From contig JARRCM010000009.1 of assembly GCA_029982205.1 (NCBI GenBank), positions 2,042 to 66,041 on the forward strand: a stretch of DNA of 64,000 nucleotides, given 5' to 3'. This document shows positions 40,167 to 51,894 of this stretch, piece by piece. The position numbers were made by a program, and so were the translations under genes. Origin of the DNA: Thermosediminibacterales bacterium (GTDB lineage: Bacteria; Bacillota; Thermosediminibacteria; Koleobacterales; JARRCM01). Within the stretch, counting starts at the first letter, position 1, and the number at the start of each line of letters is the position of its first letter. The notes beneath the pieces were generated by a model. The model searched no databases and was not told the DNA's origin. It was given only the letters and a program-made list of their open reading frames with translations.

Positions 40167-41642
40167 TTAATGCATACTTTTTTTGTTCTTATAAATATTG
40201 TATTTTTGTTTTTTCCTTGTCAATGTAGACAAATCAATACCAAGCGCTTTTGCTGCCTCATTTAATGTAGCATATGTCTCTACAGCCTGCTGAATTGCCA
40301 ACCTCTCAGTGTTTTCAATTATTTGTTTCAGAGTCTTTTCATCGGAAAGAACATGAGGGTTTTCTACATTCTCAAGGTGTTTTGGTAAGTCTTCTATTCC
40401 GATAGCTCTATGCGGCACCATAATAATTAATCTCTCTAATGTGTTTTCAAGTTCTCTAACATTTCCAGGCCAGGATAGTGTTTTAAAATAATCAACAACC
40501 TCCGGAAGCAGGATTTTATCAGTTTCATATTTTTTATTTAACTTCTTCAAAAAATGATAAATCAGGGGAACTATATCCTCTTTTCGATGTCTTAGAGGCG
40601 GAACATATATCGGTATAATATTCAGACGATAAAAAAGGTCACTCCTGAAAAGCCCTTTTTTGCACATTTTATCAAGGTTTTGATGAGTTGCAGCTATAAA
40701 ACGAACACTTACTTTTCGTTTCTTAACACCACCTATTCGCATTACCTCTTGAGTCTGCAGCACATTTAGGAGTTTAACCTGTAGGCTAAGGGGCATTTCA
40801 CCTATTTCATCCAGGAAAAGAGTACCTCCATCTGCCAGCTCCATAAGGCCCGGTTTGCCTTCTTTCCTTGCACCTGTAAACGCTCCTTTTTCATATCCAA
40901 ACAGTTCAGATTCTATAAGGTTTTCAGGTACCGCTCCACAGTTTATATGAATAAAATTACCGGTTTGACTTCGGTTGCTGAGTTTGTGGATAAGTTCTGC
41001 AATCACGCCTTTTCCGGTACCGGATTCACCAGTAATCAAAACCGTAGCATCGACTTTCGCTACCCGTTGAATTGTATTTATAATAGAAGTTATTGCACTA
41101 CTGTGCCCTACAAGTTTGCTCTTAATCAACTGGTTTGATTTCATTTCTTGTAACTGACGCTCATAATTTTTATATAATTCCTTTGTTTTTTTTAGGTTTT
41201 CTTTTATAGCATTCAGTTCAGTTAAATCTCTACATGTACATACAATTTTTTCTAATTCATCTCTGCTGTTTTTGATAGGTATCCCTGTGACCATAACCTC
41301 TTTGTTGTTTAAAAACCTGATCATTTTAGTTACGGGCTGACATTTTTCAATAACATCTAGCACAACAGATTCGGAATAAAAACCGTTTTTAACAAGATAT
41401 TTTACGTTCTTGCCTATTGCCTGTTTGAAATTTATTCCGGTTATTCGCACAAAAGCTTTATTATAAAAAAGCACCCAGCCATTATGGTCGGTAATCAAAA
41501 CACCATCTGAAACCGAATCAAAAATAGTTCTAAACTCCTCTTTTGTAAAAGTGATTATACTATCACCTATTTCAAAAACGCTCAACATCGGATTTTTTTG
41601 CAGATTTTTGCCATCCATACTTACCCGCCCCCAGTTTTTCAT
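40167..41642 (-). CDS. sigma54-dependent activator (PAS-AAA+-HTH)
   Basis: [38 protein letters not shown]-terminal HTH; start may be the internal ATG (MDGKNL). Confidence 0.95.
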   Translation of the reverse strand: MKNWGRVSMDGKNLQKNPMLSVFEIGDSIITFTKEEFRTIFDSVSDGVLITDHNGWVLFYNKAFVRITGINFKQAIGKNVKYLVKNGFYSESVVLDVIEKCQPVTKMIRFLNNKEVMVTGIPIKNSRDELEKIVCTCRDLTELNAIKENLKKTKELYKNYERQLQEMKSNQLIKSKLVGHSSAITSIINTIQRVAKVDATVLITGESGTGKGVIAELIHKLSNRSQTGNFIHINCGAVPENLIESELFGYEKGAFTGARKEGKPGLMELADGGTLFLDEIGEMPLSLQVKLLNVLQTQEVMRIGGVKKRKVSVRFIAATHQNLDKMCKKGLFRSDLFYRLNIIPIYVPPLRHRKEDIVPLIYHFLKKLNKKYETDKILLPEVVDYFKTLSWPGNVRELENTLERLIIMVPHRAIGIEDLPKHLENVENPHVLSDEKTLKQIIENTERLAIQQAVETYATLNEAAKALGIDLSTLTRKKQKYNIYKNKKSMH

Positions 41643-41738
41643 GAAAAACTCTCTGTTTTTTATATTAACAAACTGTTTAACCTATGACAACAAAAAAATG
41701 CCCGGCGGCATTTCTATTTAATACTTACAGTATAAGTT

Positions 41739-42188
41739 TTAGTTTAACAAAAGCTTTGCTCCTGTTGCAAGGAGGACAAGGCCTGCTAACTTTATCCAGG
41801 AAAAGGGAACCTGTTTAAGACCAAACAAACCAAAATGATCAACTGCCATCGCAGTTAAAACCTGCCCCACAATTATCGCAGTGGTGGCAACTGCTGCACC
41901 CAATTTCGGAATGCTGATAACGACACCATATGTAATCAAAACCCCTATTAGCCCTCCCATATAAAGATACCAGGGAGCTTTGCTAAAGTTATTAAAATCA
42001 CCTTTTCCTGTATGAAGAAGAAAAAGCATAATAACAAGCACAATTGAAGCTGATAAATGTACCAAAAACGTTGTTTCCCAGAGCCCTATTATTTTCCCCA
42101 GTGCTGAATTAATAGCGCCCTGTAATGCCATTGCTATTCCGGCCACTAATGCCATAAAAAGAAAAAACAGACCTCCAGAAAAAGACAA
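41739..42188 (-). CDS. DMT-family small membrane transporter (YdcZ/DUF606-like)
   Basis: AG...ALQG.IN..L, PWYLYMGG, GQ...A..VDHFG.FG. Confidence 0.85.
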   Translation of the reverse strand: MSFSGGLFFLFMALVAGIAMALQGAINSALGKIIGLWETTFLVHLSASIVLVIMLFLLHTGKGDFNNFSKAPWYLYMGGLIGVLITYGVVISIPKLGAAVATTAIIVGQVLTAMAVDHFGLFGLKQVPFSWIKLAGLVLLATGAKLLLN

Positions 42189-42287
42189 TACAGTTTCCTC
42201 CTATTCAATACATGTTTTTCATAATCAATAAATTAATCCTTAATAATTTCCCCTTTTTCTGGAGGAGTTATTCCATAATTTGAACTG

Positions 42288-42683
42288 TTAACTCTGTTTT
42301 TTCGCCTGATTTTTCTTCATAAATTTTTCTATGTCGATTATAAACCTTTCATGGCTTCCTTCACCTATCTTTTCCTTTTCATCATAAGCTTCAACCTTAA
42401 ACACAAGCCGACGACCGTCAACCTCTATAAGTTCAGCCTTTGCTGTTGCTTCCATCCCTATGGGTGTTGCTGCTAAATGTTTAATATCTACTCTGGTTCC
42501 CACAGTTGTTTGACCTTCTGGCAGGTATTCCTGGACACAGTTTTTTGCTGCACCTTCCATTATTGCTACAAGCATAGGGGTAGAAAGCACTTCCACAAAA
42601 CCACTACCAAACTTAGCTGCGGTATGTTCAAACTCTACTTTCAGTTTGAGTTCTCCTTTTATACCCGGCTTAAGCCGACTCAT
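42288..42683 (-). CDS. Hot-dog thioesterase (FlK-like)
   Basis: VLSTPML...E, TVGT...HLAATPIG, GSHERF. Confidence 0.88.
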   Translation of the reverse strand: MSRLKPGIKGELKLKVEFEHTAAKFGSGFVEVLSTPMLVAIMEGAAKNCVQEYLPEGQTTVGTRVDIKHLAATPIGMEATAKAELIEVDGRRLVFKVEAYDEKEKIGEGSHERFIIDIEKFMKKNQAKKQS

Positions 42684-42773
42684 AAACAGGCCTCCTTTAG
42701 TGTTTTTATTTTAATATGTTTTTTTAAGTATTATAACATATATCTTCATATGTTTCACATGTTCGGCCAACTG

Positions 42774-43226
42774 CTAAAACATCTTCTTTATCAAAGCTTC
42801 TCCCACCGTAACCCAAAATACTGCCCATGATATATCTGCAATCCCAATATAAAACATAAAAACCAGTAAAGGTGTCCTGCTAGCTCCAAGAACCCATGCT
42901 CCCTGAGCGTATCCACCTAACCACCGCAGCACCAGCATTACACCCGGCCCTCTTTTTGATATCTGTTTCGTTGCATGAACTAACCATCTGCTTTTACTAT
43001 TAAATAGTAAACTTCCTCCAGTGTAACCGATATAGTATCCTGTAATGTTTCCCAAGAAACTGCCGCCAGCTGCATAACCCACTGCTGCCAGTGTCGATAT
43101 TTGCCCTTTGGCAACCAGATAATCAAGCAATCCAAACAATAAAGGAAGTGGTAACGGAAACCCTATCCCCTGAAGAACAAAACCTATGAAAACCGTAAAT
43201 TCATTTCCTTTTAATAAAAGATTCAT
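42774..43226 (-). CDS. DedA-family membrane protein
   Basis: GIGFPLP, G..LGN..GYYIG..GG, R..G, F......W pattern. Confidence 0.72.
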   Translation of the reverse strand: MNLLLKGNEFTVFIGFVLQGIGFPLPLPLLFGLLDYLVAKGQISTLAAVGYAAGGSFLGNITGYYIGYTGGSLLFNSKSRWLVHATKQISKRGPGVMLVLRWLGGYAQGAWVLGASRTPLLVFMFYIGIADISWAVFWVTVGEALIKKMF

Positions 43227-43266
43227 GTTAACAACACCTTCATCTGCAGCCTTGTTTTTAAGATAT

Positions 43267-43313
43267 AAAAAAGATAGGCATATTTACATCATACTCGTAA
43301 ATACTGCCTATCT
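43267..43313 (-). terminator. ftsH terminator
   Basis: AGATAGGCA...TGCCTATCT stem with T tract on minus strand. Confidence 0.65.
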
Positions 43314-43318
43314 ATTAA

Positions 43319-45115
43319 TCACACACTTGCAAACACTTGTTGAAACTCTTCTGCATTAAGTTTTTCTTTTTCTAATAGCACATCTGCCACTTTATGAAGT
43401 TTTTTGATGTTTTCTTTTAGAAGGGTTTCAGCTCTCTGATAGCATTTGTCTATTATTGCCCTGATCTCTTTGTCAATGGCAGCTGCTATTTCTTCACTGT
43501 AGTTCCTCTGCTGCCCAATATCCCGTCCAAGAAACACCTCTTCATGCCTATGGCCCAAGGTGATAGGCCCTAAGGTTTCACTCATGCCAAACTCGGTAAC
43601 CATTCTACGGGCTATTTTTGTAGCTCTTTCAAGGTCATTTTGAGCACCGGTGCTTATCTCATTCAACACCAGCTGTTCAGATACGCGTCCTCCCAAAAGA
43701 TGTGTAACCTGGTCTAGAAGTTCACTTTTCGCCATAAAGTAACGGTCTTCCTTAGGCAGTATCATAGTATATCCTCCTGCCCGACCCCTTGGCACTATTG
43801 ATACTTCATGAACAGGGTCAACATTCGGCAGGAGTTGTGCCACAACAGCGTGACCTGCCTCATGATAAGCCACCAAACGGCGTTCTTTTTCACTCATTAC
43901 ACGGCTCTTTTTCTCAGGGCCGGCTACCACTCTGGTAATAGCCTCCTCTAACTCTGTCATTGATATTTTTCGTTTATTTCGACGGGCAGAAAGAAGTGCA
44001 GCCTCATTGATAAGATTTTCCAAATCGGCACCTGTAAAGCCAGGCGTCCTTCTAGCAAGCACTTCAAGGCTTACATTCTCATCAAGGGGTTTTGAACGTG
44101 AGTGAACCTTAAGTATGGCTTCACGCCCTTTTATATCAGGTACATCTACAACTACCTGACGGTCAAATCTGCCCGGGCGCAGTAGTGCAGGGTCTAAAAT
44201 ATCAGGTCGGTTTGTGGCTGCGATTATTATTATCCCTTCATTCATGCCAAATCCATCCATCTCAACAAGAAGCTGGTTAAGTGTCTGCTCTCTTTCATCA
44301 TGGCCCCCTCCAAGGCCTGCACCCCTTTGACGGCCTACAGCATCTATTTCGTCTATAAACACTATACATGGCGCATTCTTTTTTGCCTGTTCAAACAGGT
44401 CTCTTACCCTTGAAGCACCAACTCCAACAAACATCTCCACAAAGTCTGATCCGCTAATACTAAAAAAAGGTACTCCCGCTTCTCCCGCTACTGCCCTTGC
44501 AAGAAGTGTTTTTCCCGTTCCCGGAGGGCCAACCAGAAGCACTCCTTTAGGTATTCTTGCGCCTAACTCAATAAACTTTTTTGGATGTTTTAAAAACTCA
44601 ACGACTTCTTCCAGCTCTTCTTTTGCTTCATCTACTCCTGCAACGTCTTTAAAAGTAACGCGTTTTTTCTCTTCGCTATATAATCTTGCACGGCTTTTAC
44701 CGAAAGACATTACACGATTTCCGCCTCCCTGCTGCTGCATAAAAAAGAACCATGCTCCTATAAACAGTAAAACCAAAAACAGGGAAGGCAGTATTTGAGC
44801 CCACCACGGAGGCTCAGGTGGAGGCTCACTGGAAAACTGTATTTCACCCGAATCTATTTTAGGCTGAATTCTTTCCATAAAAATAGAAACATCTGGCACA
44901 TAACTTATGAATTTACTGCCGTTTTTTAAAACTCCTTTGACATTTTTATCAACGAGGGTTATCTTTTCTACTTGGCCCTTATCTAATGCCAGAATGAGCT
45001 GGGTATAATCTATTTTTGTTATATCGCCCTCTTTGTTTGAGTACCACTGTACCAGCGAAAGTATTAAAATAAAAATCAGCAAATAAAAACTGATGTTTCT
45101 AAAAAGCTTGTTCAA
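43319..45115 (-). CDS. ftsH: ATP-dependent zinc metalloprotease FtsH
   Basis: [27 protein letters not shown]. Confidence 0.98.
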   Translation of the reverse strand: MNKLFRNISFYLLIFILILSLVQWYSNKEGDITKIDYTQLILALDKGQVEKITLVDKNVKGVLKNGSKFISYVPDVSIFMERIQPKIDSGEIQFSSEPPPEPPWWAQILPSLFLVLLFIGAWFFFMQQQGGGNRVMSFGKSRARLYSEEKKRVTFKDVAGVDEAKEELEEVVEFLKHPKKFIELGARIPKGVLLVGPPGTGKTLLARAVAGEAGVPFFSISGSDFVEMFVGVGASRVRDLFEQAKKNAPCIVFIDEIDAVGRQRGAGLGGGHDEREQTLNQLLVEMDGFGMNEGIIIIAATNRPDILDPALLRPGRFDRQVVVDVPDIKGREAILKVHSRSKPLDENVSLEVLARRTPGFTGADLENLINEAALLSARRNKRKISMTELEEAITRVVAGPEKKSRVMSEKERRLVAYHEAGHAVVAQLLPNVDPVHEVSIVPRGRAGGYTMILPKEDRYFMAKSELLDQVTHLLGGRVSEQLVLNEISTGAQNDLERATKIARRMVTEFGMSETLGPITLGHRHEEVFLGRDIGQQRNYSEEIAAAIDKEIRAIIDKCYQRAETLLKENIKKLHKVADVLLEKEKLNAEEFQQVFASV

Positions 45116-45192
45116 ATAATTGACCTCCCTTCTAATTCAGCGGGCATATCATTTCCTATTGTAACACAATACATTTTAAATTACAACAGGTT

Positions 45193-45732
45193 TTAAGCGT
45201 TGTAGACTGAGGGTTTAAGCACACATATGAAAGGGAGGTTTCTGTAACATTCATTATAATCTAGACCATATCCTACAACAAACTCATCAGGTATTGAAAA
45301 CCCTTTATAGTCTATTTTGATATCTACTTTTCTTCTCTCAGGTTTATCAAGAAGACTGCATATTTTTAAACTTGCAGGTTTCCTGGATTGAAGAATTGTT
45401 GTAAGATATTTCAGTGTAAGGCCGGAATCTATTATATCCTCTACAATCATTACATGTTTGCCTTCAATGCTTTCATCCAGGTCTTTGTTTATCCTTACCA
45501 CACCAGATGTCTCGGTGGACGAACCATAACTCGATACGTCCATAAAATCAACTTTAACCTGAACGGTTATCTGTTTCATAAGGTCGCCTATGAACATTAC
45601 TGCCCCTTTTAGAACTCCAATTAACAGAAGCTCTTTGCCTTCATAATCTTTAGAAATTTGACGTCCTAACTCTTTAACCTTTTGCTGAATTTGATTTTCT
45701 GATATCAGTATTTCCTTTATATCATCTTTCAT
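45193..45732 (-). CDS. hpt: Hypoxanthine phosphoribosyltransferase
   Basis: VLKGA, VEDIIDSGLT, FVVGYGLD. Confidence 0.97.
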   Translation of the reverse strand: MKDDIKEILISENQIQQKVKELGRQISKDYEGKELLLIGVLKGAVMFIGDLMKQITVQVKVDFMDVSSYGSSTETSGVVRINKDLDESIEGKHVMIVEDIIDSGLTLKYLTTILQSRKPASLKICSLLDKPERRKVDIKIDYKGFSIPDEFVVGYGLDYNECYRNLPFICVLKPSVYNA

Positions 45733-45733
45733 A

Positions 45734-47149
45734 CTACAACCCACCTTCCTTAGTGTAAGAAGCTTTTAAAACCAAAAGGTGTTTTGTGTGTTCGTCAACT
45801 TTGTATTTCTCACTTATTCTGTAACCCACAACCCAGATTATATCATCGCCAGATACCACCAGGGGAATCATGTCTCTGATATCTCTGGGGATTTTCTCAT
45901 CAATAAAAAACTGTTTCAGTTTTTTATTGCTTTTCATTCCAAGGGGAATAAACTTGTCCCCAGGCTGTCTGTTGCGAACTTTTAAAGCCCTGTCAGGTAT
46001 TTTGTCTAAATCTATATATTCCGTCATAAGGTCATCATTGTTAAGTTCGGCCATACATTCTTTTTGCTTAATACTGGAAGTCAGTCTCATGTTTGTTTCC
46101 TTTAAAAAAACTTCCCCTGGCACATCTAAACTGTATTCAAAACTTATATTTTTACTTTTTGATTTCAGGCCGTTCTTATAAAAAAACAAATCATTATACC
46201 CTTTTTCCACAACGACACCGTTTGGTAAACACAGCCGGCTGCCCACATTTGAATTTTTAATTAAATTGATTATATCAAAAACATGGACATATTCCAAGTC
46301 TTTACTGCTGCCTGAAATCTCAGACACAGCCACGCGAAGACATCTGGTTATAAGCGCCATCGGTGTTTCCTGAAACATCTCTTGAGAAATAACCAGTTTT
46401 TCATTTTCCCATTTTGAATTCTTTCGAAAAACATCTTCAGAAACTTTTTCTAAATATGAATTATCCTCTCTAATGATTTCAGCCGTTCTTGCAAGTACAG
46501 ATTTAATATTCGGGTTGTATTCTGCCTCTAAGTAGGGTATTAACTCAAGTCTAATACGGTTTCTGTAATAAACAGCCTCTAAATTTGTTTTATCAATACG
46601 ATAACTTATTTTATTCTGTTTAAGATAGTTTTCTATCTCAAAACGGCTTATATATAAAAGCGGCCTGATATACCTTCCCTGTCGAACCGGTTCAATACCC
46701 GCAAGTCCTTGAGTTCCGCTTCCTCTTAAAAGTCTCATCAAAACGGTTTCAGCCTGGTCGTCCTGGTTATGCCCCAGGGCAACTTTGTTCCCCTTGACCT
46801 TTGTTAAAGCCCTTTCATAAAACTCGTACCTGACCTTCCTTGCGGCAACTTCCGGGGAAAGCCTTGTTTTTTTAATATATGCCGGTACATCTATAGTTTC
46901 CATTATAAGTGGGATCTGCAATTTTTGACATACTTCTTTTACAAATAACGCATCGTTCCGTGATTCTTCATCACGGAACATATGATCTAAGTGAGCAACA
47001 TACAAGCTGATATTAAACTTATGTTTTAATTTACTTAAAACGTGTAATAAACATATAGAATCAGGGCCACCGGAAACCCCAACTATAATCCTGTCTCCGC
47101 TGCTTATCATGTTGTATTTTTTAATGGTTTCAACAACTTTGTTAAGCAA
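45734..47149 (-). CDS. tilS: tRNA(Ile)-lysidine synthase
   Basis: SGGPDS, H..DDQAET, RPLL, RNRIR. Confidence 0.97.
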   Translation of the reverse strand: MLNKVVETIKKYNMISSGDRIIVGVSGGPDSICLLHVLSKLKHKFNISLYVAHLDHMFRDEESRNDALFVKEVCQKLQIPLIMETIDVPAYIKKTRLSPEVAARKVRYEFYERALTKVKGNKVALGHNQDDQAETVLMRLLRGSGTQGLAGIEPVRQGRYIRPLLYISRFEIENYLKQNKISYRIDKTNLEAVYYRNRIRLELIPYLEAEYNPNIKSVLARTAEIIREDNSYLEKVSEDVFRKNSKWENEKLVISQEMFQETPMALITRCLRVAVSEISGSSKDLEYVHVFDIINLIKNSNVGSRLCLPNGVVVEKGYNDLFFYKNGLKSKSKNISFEYSLDVPGEVFLKETNMRLTSSIKQKECMAELNNDDLMTEYIDLDKIPDRALKVRNRQPGDKFIPLGMKSNKKLKQFFIDEKIPRDIRDMIPLVVSGDDIIWVVGYRISEKYKVDEHTKHLLVLKASYTKEGGL

Positions 47150-47180
47150 AAATTACCCTCCCGTTTTTTGTTTGAATTTA

Positions 47181-48092
47181 TTATATCATACCAAGTTTTT
47201 TTAAAGCCATCACAAAAAAAACAGAAGTCAAAACTAGACTAAATAAAAACACCATGTTCAAAACCATATCACCATTTGCTTTTTTTTTCAATACCGATTT
47301 TCTCGATTGTTTATTGATAAGACGTTTTAAATCACAAAAAAACTCTGTTGTATCATTATACTTTTGAAAAAAACCTTTCTTCAAAAGCTCTTTTGTTTGC
47401 GGAGTGGCTTTTTTAAGACCGTTAATCATTGTAACTAGTTTGTTTTTATCACCGGGTAATACGCTCTTCCCGTTTAAGAGAACATACAAGAACATCGTAA
47501 GGGAAAAAACATCATATTTCTCATCTGCCCAGCGTGACCCCATTTTCCAACTCGCTCTATCAAAACAAGGAGTAAACTCTTTTACTCCTTTCCCCTTTTC
47601 AACAATCCCTCCAAAATCTATAAGCTTTATTTGCCTGTTTTCTCTGTTATATACAACGTTTTCTGGTTTTAAATCACAATAAACATAACCGAAGGAGTGT
47701 AGTCTGTTTAATAACGCTGCAACTAATAATGTCATATATAATGCTTCTTTAAGTTTAAAGTTATAATTAGCCATCAAAAATTTAAGGTTTTGCCCTTTTA
47801 TAAACTCCATTGAAAAAAAATAAAATGTTTTATTTTGAATTTTACAGTCATCTAAGCAATAAACTTCAGGAACTGCCGAAATCCCCTTAAGCATTTTTAA
47901 ACATTCATATTCTTTAGTCATGCTAGAAAGGTTTCGGCCTATTTTGACTGCTACTTCTTCTTTTTGTTCTGGATTATAAGCCCTGTATACTTCTCCTATA
48001 CCGCCTCTTCCTATTATTTGTATTATAATAAACTTTTTCCCGCTCCAACGACCTGTTATAGTGTATCCTGACGGAAGATGCAGCTCATTCAT
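47181..48092 (-). CDS. yabT: Ser/Thr protein kinase YabT-like
   Basis: GRGGIG, AVK, DLKPEN, DFG, C-terminal TM; synteny. Confidence 0.85.
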   Translation of the reverse strand: MNELHLPSGYTITGRWSGKKFIIIQIIGRGGIGEVYRAYNPEQKEEVAVKIGRNLSSMTKEYECLKMLKGISAVPEVYCLDDCKIQNKTFYFFSMEFIKGQNLKFLMANYNFKLKEALYMTLLVAALLNRLHSFGYVYCDLKPENVVYNRENRQIKLIDFGGIVEKGKGVKEFTPCFDRASWKMGSRWADEKYDVFSLTMFLYVLLNGKSVLPGDKNKLVTMINGLKKATPQTKELLKKGFFQKYNDTTEFFCDLKRLINKQSRKSVLKKKANGDMVLNMVFLFSLVLTSVFFVMALKKLGMI

Positions 48093-48160
48093 TCTATTAC
48101 ACCTCTTCTACACAGCGGTATTTCTTTAATTATAAAACAAGGCCTTTTTTATAAGGCCTT

Positions 48161-48868
48161 TCAAATTATCTGTTCCTTTAACAACAAGCCACCTTTAGGT
48201 TCATCGCTGATGAAATTTAGAGAATCACGTATTGCTAAAGCTGTAGGAGTGGCACCTTCAGCCCTAAGACCTTCAAGGTTTTGTTTTAAACTCTCGAGAT
48301 CATCAGTAAAACCGGAAATTGTATATGAGGTCCTCCCATTTCTTCCGGGAAAACCCATTACAGCTATAAGGTTTTTCCCTTTACGGGTTTCAAGAGATTT
48401 GAACAGGCTTAATATGCTTTCTTTTGCCACAAGCAGTTTATCTGCCATACTCCCGCTGGTGTCTATTAATATTACTACTTTAAGATTTACTTCATCCTGC
48501 AGCCTGTCTATCAAATCAATTATCTGACACCTGTCATTAGGAGGAATATTTTCTATGTCTTTTCCCATAATTTGTCTCAGCTGTTTGTTAACAATACCTT
48601 CTATTGTCCCCTGTATTGAGCTTTGGGTAAGCATTATCATAGATGACGCAAGCTCTTCCAATTCTACTATTTGGTGGCACCCTCCCCCTGCCAGCGCAAT
48701 CTGTTCTACTTCTTCAATGCCTTTGCTGTTCGGAGACGCTATTCCTATGGCATTAACTATAACCCCATTTTTTTCAGCGTTTGCAGCCGCCGCACATGGG
48801 TCTCCTCCTGTATTCGAATGCCCATCAGTAACCAAAACAATTTGTTTGACTTCAAAATCTTTTTCCAC
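48161..48868 (-). CDS. yabS: vWA-domain protein YabS-like
   Basis: QIVLVTDGHSN, DTSGSM, TPT; between spoIIE and yabT. Confidence 0.85.
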   Translation of the reverse strand: MEKDFEVKQIVLVTDGHSNTGGDPCAAAANAEKNGVIVNAIGIASPNSKGIEEVEQIALAGGGCHQIVELEELASSMIMLTQSSIQGTIEGIVNKQLRQIMGKDIENIPPNDRCQIIDLIDRLQDEVNLKVVILIDTSGSMADKLLVAKESILSLFKSLETRKGKNLIAVMGFPGRNGRTSYTISGFTDDLESLKQNLEGLRAEGATPTALAIRDSLNFISDEPKGGLLLKEQII

Positions 48869-48972
48869 AATCAACACCTCCTCAGCCTTAGGATACCCAT
48901 ATTGTTTCAATATATGCATAATATTCCATTTGTTTTAAAACCTTAAAAAAGCAGACAACAAAAAACTCCGGT

Positions 48973-51420
48973 CTATGCCCGGAGCCTTCTTTCCCAAAGT
49001 TTTGCAGCCAGTATAGTTATATCATCCCTTATATCAAAATTTGTAAGTGTTAAAACATCATTCAAAAGTGTATCTGCTAACTCTTGAGGGTTTCTGGTAT
49101 TCAAACTTTTTATTTTTTCAGAAATCCACTTTTCAGGGTCGTTTTTGATAAGGCCAACAGAGTCAATCAAACCATCACTCATCATAATAACAATATCACC
49201 CGGTTTTAATTTCTTTTTAATTTTCTCAACTTCTACTGAATTTAATATTCCTGCAGGCAAACTCTCTGATTTAATTGCTTCAACACTGTTTTCCCTTTTT
49301 ATAAAACTAGTACATGATCCTGCTTTCACAAAATTTATTTCACCATTATACAGATTTACCATCCCCATGTCTATTGTAGAGAAGGTTTCTTCCCTTGACC
49401 TGTGCAAAAGCACAGAATTAATTGTCTTAACCGCAACATCTTCCTTGAAACCAGTTTCAAGAAGCCTTTCAAGAAGGCTTATAGCTGTATCGCTTTCTTT
49501 TAATGCTTTTGAACCCACACCCATTCCGTCACTTATAGCTAAAAGATATCTTCCATCCCGTAAATGCCTAAAGGTGTTTGTGTCACCTGACACCTGATTT
49601 CGGTTTTTAGGCATCGTGGCTACCCCCACCGCAACCTCAAACACCTCTGCGGAGTTCAATCGAACACGACAGATATTCTTGTTGTTTTTTAATCCACACA
49701 TTGAATCCCTGATGACCATTCTATCACCTACGGCTTCTGAAACAGCAGGCAGAATTTTTGTTATACAGTCCCTATCGCCCTTACAAGCGGTTTTTTCGAG
49801 ATTTATTTCCAGGCCATAACCGGGATTTTCCATTACCAAAAGTTCTTTGTACTCAACCCCAATTGTTTTTAGCTTGTTTATTATTTTTTCTTCAAGGTCT
49901 CTTCTAAATATCACTTCTGTTTTTATTTCATCAGCAATATCTGCCATAATTCGAGAAATGCTCTTTAGCTGTTCAGCCACAAGTTCCTGGTTGTCCGCTA
50001 CTTTTTTCTGCCATTGGTAATTAATCCTGCACGCCTCTACAAGGCTGTTTATCATATCAACAAGTTTTTCAGTGCGTAAACACCGTTTAGAAAAACTTAT
50101 CGGCAGGTTGTTGCCTCCTGCTTTTTTGTTTTCACACAATGAAATAATATCAAATATTTGTTGATATGTTTTATAAAAATCCTTTTCCCAACAAGTTTTA
50201 TAAAGTGAACACGAATTACACACCTTGTTCATAACAGCAGCAAAAATCTCTTCTAAATTGTTCTTTTCTATTATTCCTTTTCTGTTTTGTTGTGGAGCAA
50301 AAATACATGATAAATCTTCAAAGAGATATGATACTTCCTTTAATCTTAGTGAAGCAAGGCACCTTACTTTTTCACTAAACACGCCATCCGCCCACGAATG
50401 GAATCCTGATATTGAAGAACTTAAACCTGAAAAAAGCAAGTTACGATTTGATGTTAAGTTCATAGTTTTCCTAGGTATTGCCAAAAACACCAAAGATGCC
50501 ACAAACACTTCTTTTATCGGAACATAAATTTCCGAGAAATGGTTTATATAATAAGTCAGCAAACTGCTTCCACCTATGAAACCAACAATCACACCTATTT
50601 TCCCCATAGTATTAAATATTCCTGACATCAATCCTGCAAACGAATATACTCCTATCAACATAGGAGATGCAGCAGCCATTAACGAATTCAAAACCCCCAG
50701 TATCGCACCTCCTGCAGGCCCTATAGAAGCGCCGTATATATAAGAAACCATAAGAATGACAAAAATCTGCAGGCTTGTTGAAACAGATGCACCATATATT
50801 TTGATTTCAAAACCTGACAGCACAATTCCTAAAAGAATAATAATAGCAACAATCTTTTCATCCGTCAAACTTACCTCTTTACCGTCATGTTTTAAAAAAC
50901 ATGGCAAACCACAGAAAAAAATATATGAAAGAAGAAAAACCATTAAAGATTCAAAAGAAACAACTATCACATCATACAATATAAATCCCTGAAAATAAAC
51001 TATAATCAAACTTGTTACAAGACTGATTTCAAACATTAAAGCAGCTGTAACCAGGCCGTTCCCATTCAATTTCTTTTGAACAACCATGTAAATCAAAACA
51101 AACAAAACCGCAGAAATAATATAACGAAGTGAATCAACCTCCCAATGGGATGATAAAAAACCTAATATCGTAAAAACTGCTACACCAATAACCTTTTTAC
51201 GCTGTGCAGAAACAGCCGCAATATAAGCCAGTCCAAAAGGAGATAGGCCACCTAAAATAGATGCTCGTCCCAAAAAAAATCCTAATAAAGCAGGAATAAT
51301 GTTTTCACTTGTTATAATACTTAACAGCTTTTTTAGAAATTTCCTTCCTCCCGTATTCTGAAATTTGACTGTAGTTTTAAAAATTCTTTGATCAGAAAAT
51401 GCTTCAGCTTTGTTAAACAT
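48973..51420 (-). CDS. spoIIE: Stage II sporulation protein E (PP2C phosphatase)
   Basis: N-terminal TMs, C..C....CW, SGD, SDGMG, SDG, DDIT; likely ATG 51420. Confidence 0.95.
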   Translation of the reverse strand: MFNKAEAFSDQRIFKTTVKFQNTGGRKFLKKLLSIITSENIIPALLGFFLGRASILGGLSPFGLAYIAAVSAQRKKVIGVAVFTILGFLSSHWEVDSLRYIISAVLFVLIYMVVQKKLNGNGLVTAALMFEISLVTSLIIVYFQGFILYDVIVVSFESLMVFLLSYIFFCGLPCFLKHDGKEVSLTDEKIVAIIILLGIVLSGFEIKIYGASVSTSLQIFVILMVSYIYGASIGPAGGAILGVLNSLMAAASPMLIGVYSFAGLMSGIFNTMGKIGVIVGFIGGSSLLTYYINHFSEIYVPIKEVFVASLVFLAIPRKTMNLTSNRNLLFSGLSSSISGFHSWADGVFSEKVRCLASLRLKEVSYLFEDLSCIFAPQQNRKGIIEKNNLEEIFAAVMNKVCNSCSLYKTCWEKDFYKTYQQIFDIISLCENKKAGGNNLPISFSKRCLRTEKLVDMINSLVEACRINYQWQKKVADNQELVAEQLKSISRIMADIADEIKTEVIFRRDLEEKIINKLKTIGVEYKELLVMENPGYGLEINLEKTACKGDRDCITKILPAVSEAVGDRMVIRDSMCGLKNNKNICRVRLNSAEVFEVAVGVATMPKNRNQVSGDTNTFRHLRDGRYLLAISDGMGVGSKALKESDTAISLLERLLETGFKEDVAVKTINSVLLHRSREETFSTIDMGMVNLYNGEINFVKAGSCTSFIKRENSVEAIKSESLPAGILNSVEVEKIKKKLKPGDIVIMMSDGLIDSVGLIKNDPEKWISEKIKSLNTRNPQELADTLLNDVLTLTNFDIRDDITILAAKLWERRLRA

Positions 51421-51455
51421 ATAAAACACCACCCGTTGTTTTAGTGTGTTTTTAT

Positions 51456-51521
51456 ATTGTAATACAAACGGATGGTTTTTTTTGTCAGTATCAGTAGGGT
51501 CGAACTCATAATTTTCCGACA
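51456..51521 (-). promoter_or_regulatory. Spo0A-activated spoIIE promoter
   Basis: CTGACA-N21-TACAAT (long spacer as in B. subtilis spoIIE); 0A-like TGTCGGA (51515-51521, minus) and GGTCGAA (51498-51504, plus). Confidence 0.65.
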
Positions 51522-51586
51522 TTTATTTCTATAAAAAATAAAAAAATGTGCTTTACGCACATTTGATTGACAATTTTTTATTTGTT

Positions 51587-51663
51587 TGGTGGCGGCGCAG
51601 GGATTTGAACCCCGGACACTGCGGGTATGAACCGCATGCTCTAGCCAACTGAGCTACGCCGCC
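51587..51663 (-). tRNA. tRNA-Met (CAT), elongator
   Basis: GGCGGCGTAGCTCAG...GCGGTTCATACCCGC...GGTTCAAATCC...CGCCGCCACCA. Confidence 0.95.
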
Positions 51664-51664
51664 C

Positions 51665-51740
<76 letters not shown>

Positions 51741-51894
51741 TTATTGTGAATCATTGTTCTGCTGTAAACCAGCGACAAATTATATTTTATATCATATTTC
51801 ATAAAAGTTCAATACTTGAATTGCTGTTATAAACTTTTATATTCCCCAATATCTTAAATATGCTCTGTTATACTTGTATTTTCAGTACCGCACT

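Noticed and set aside
42751-42766. TGTTTCACATG, possible parS
   Set aside because: Only one half of TGTTTCACGTGAAACA is present
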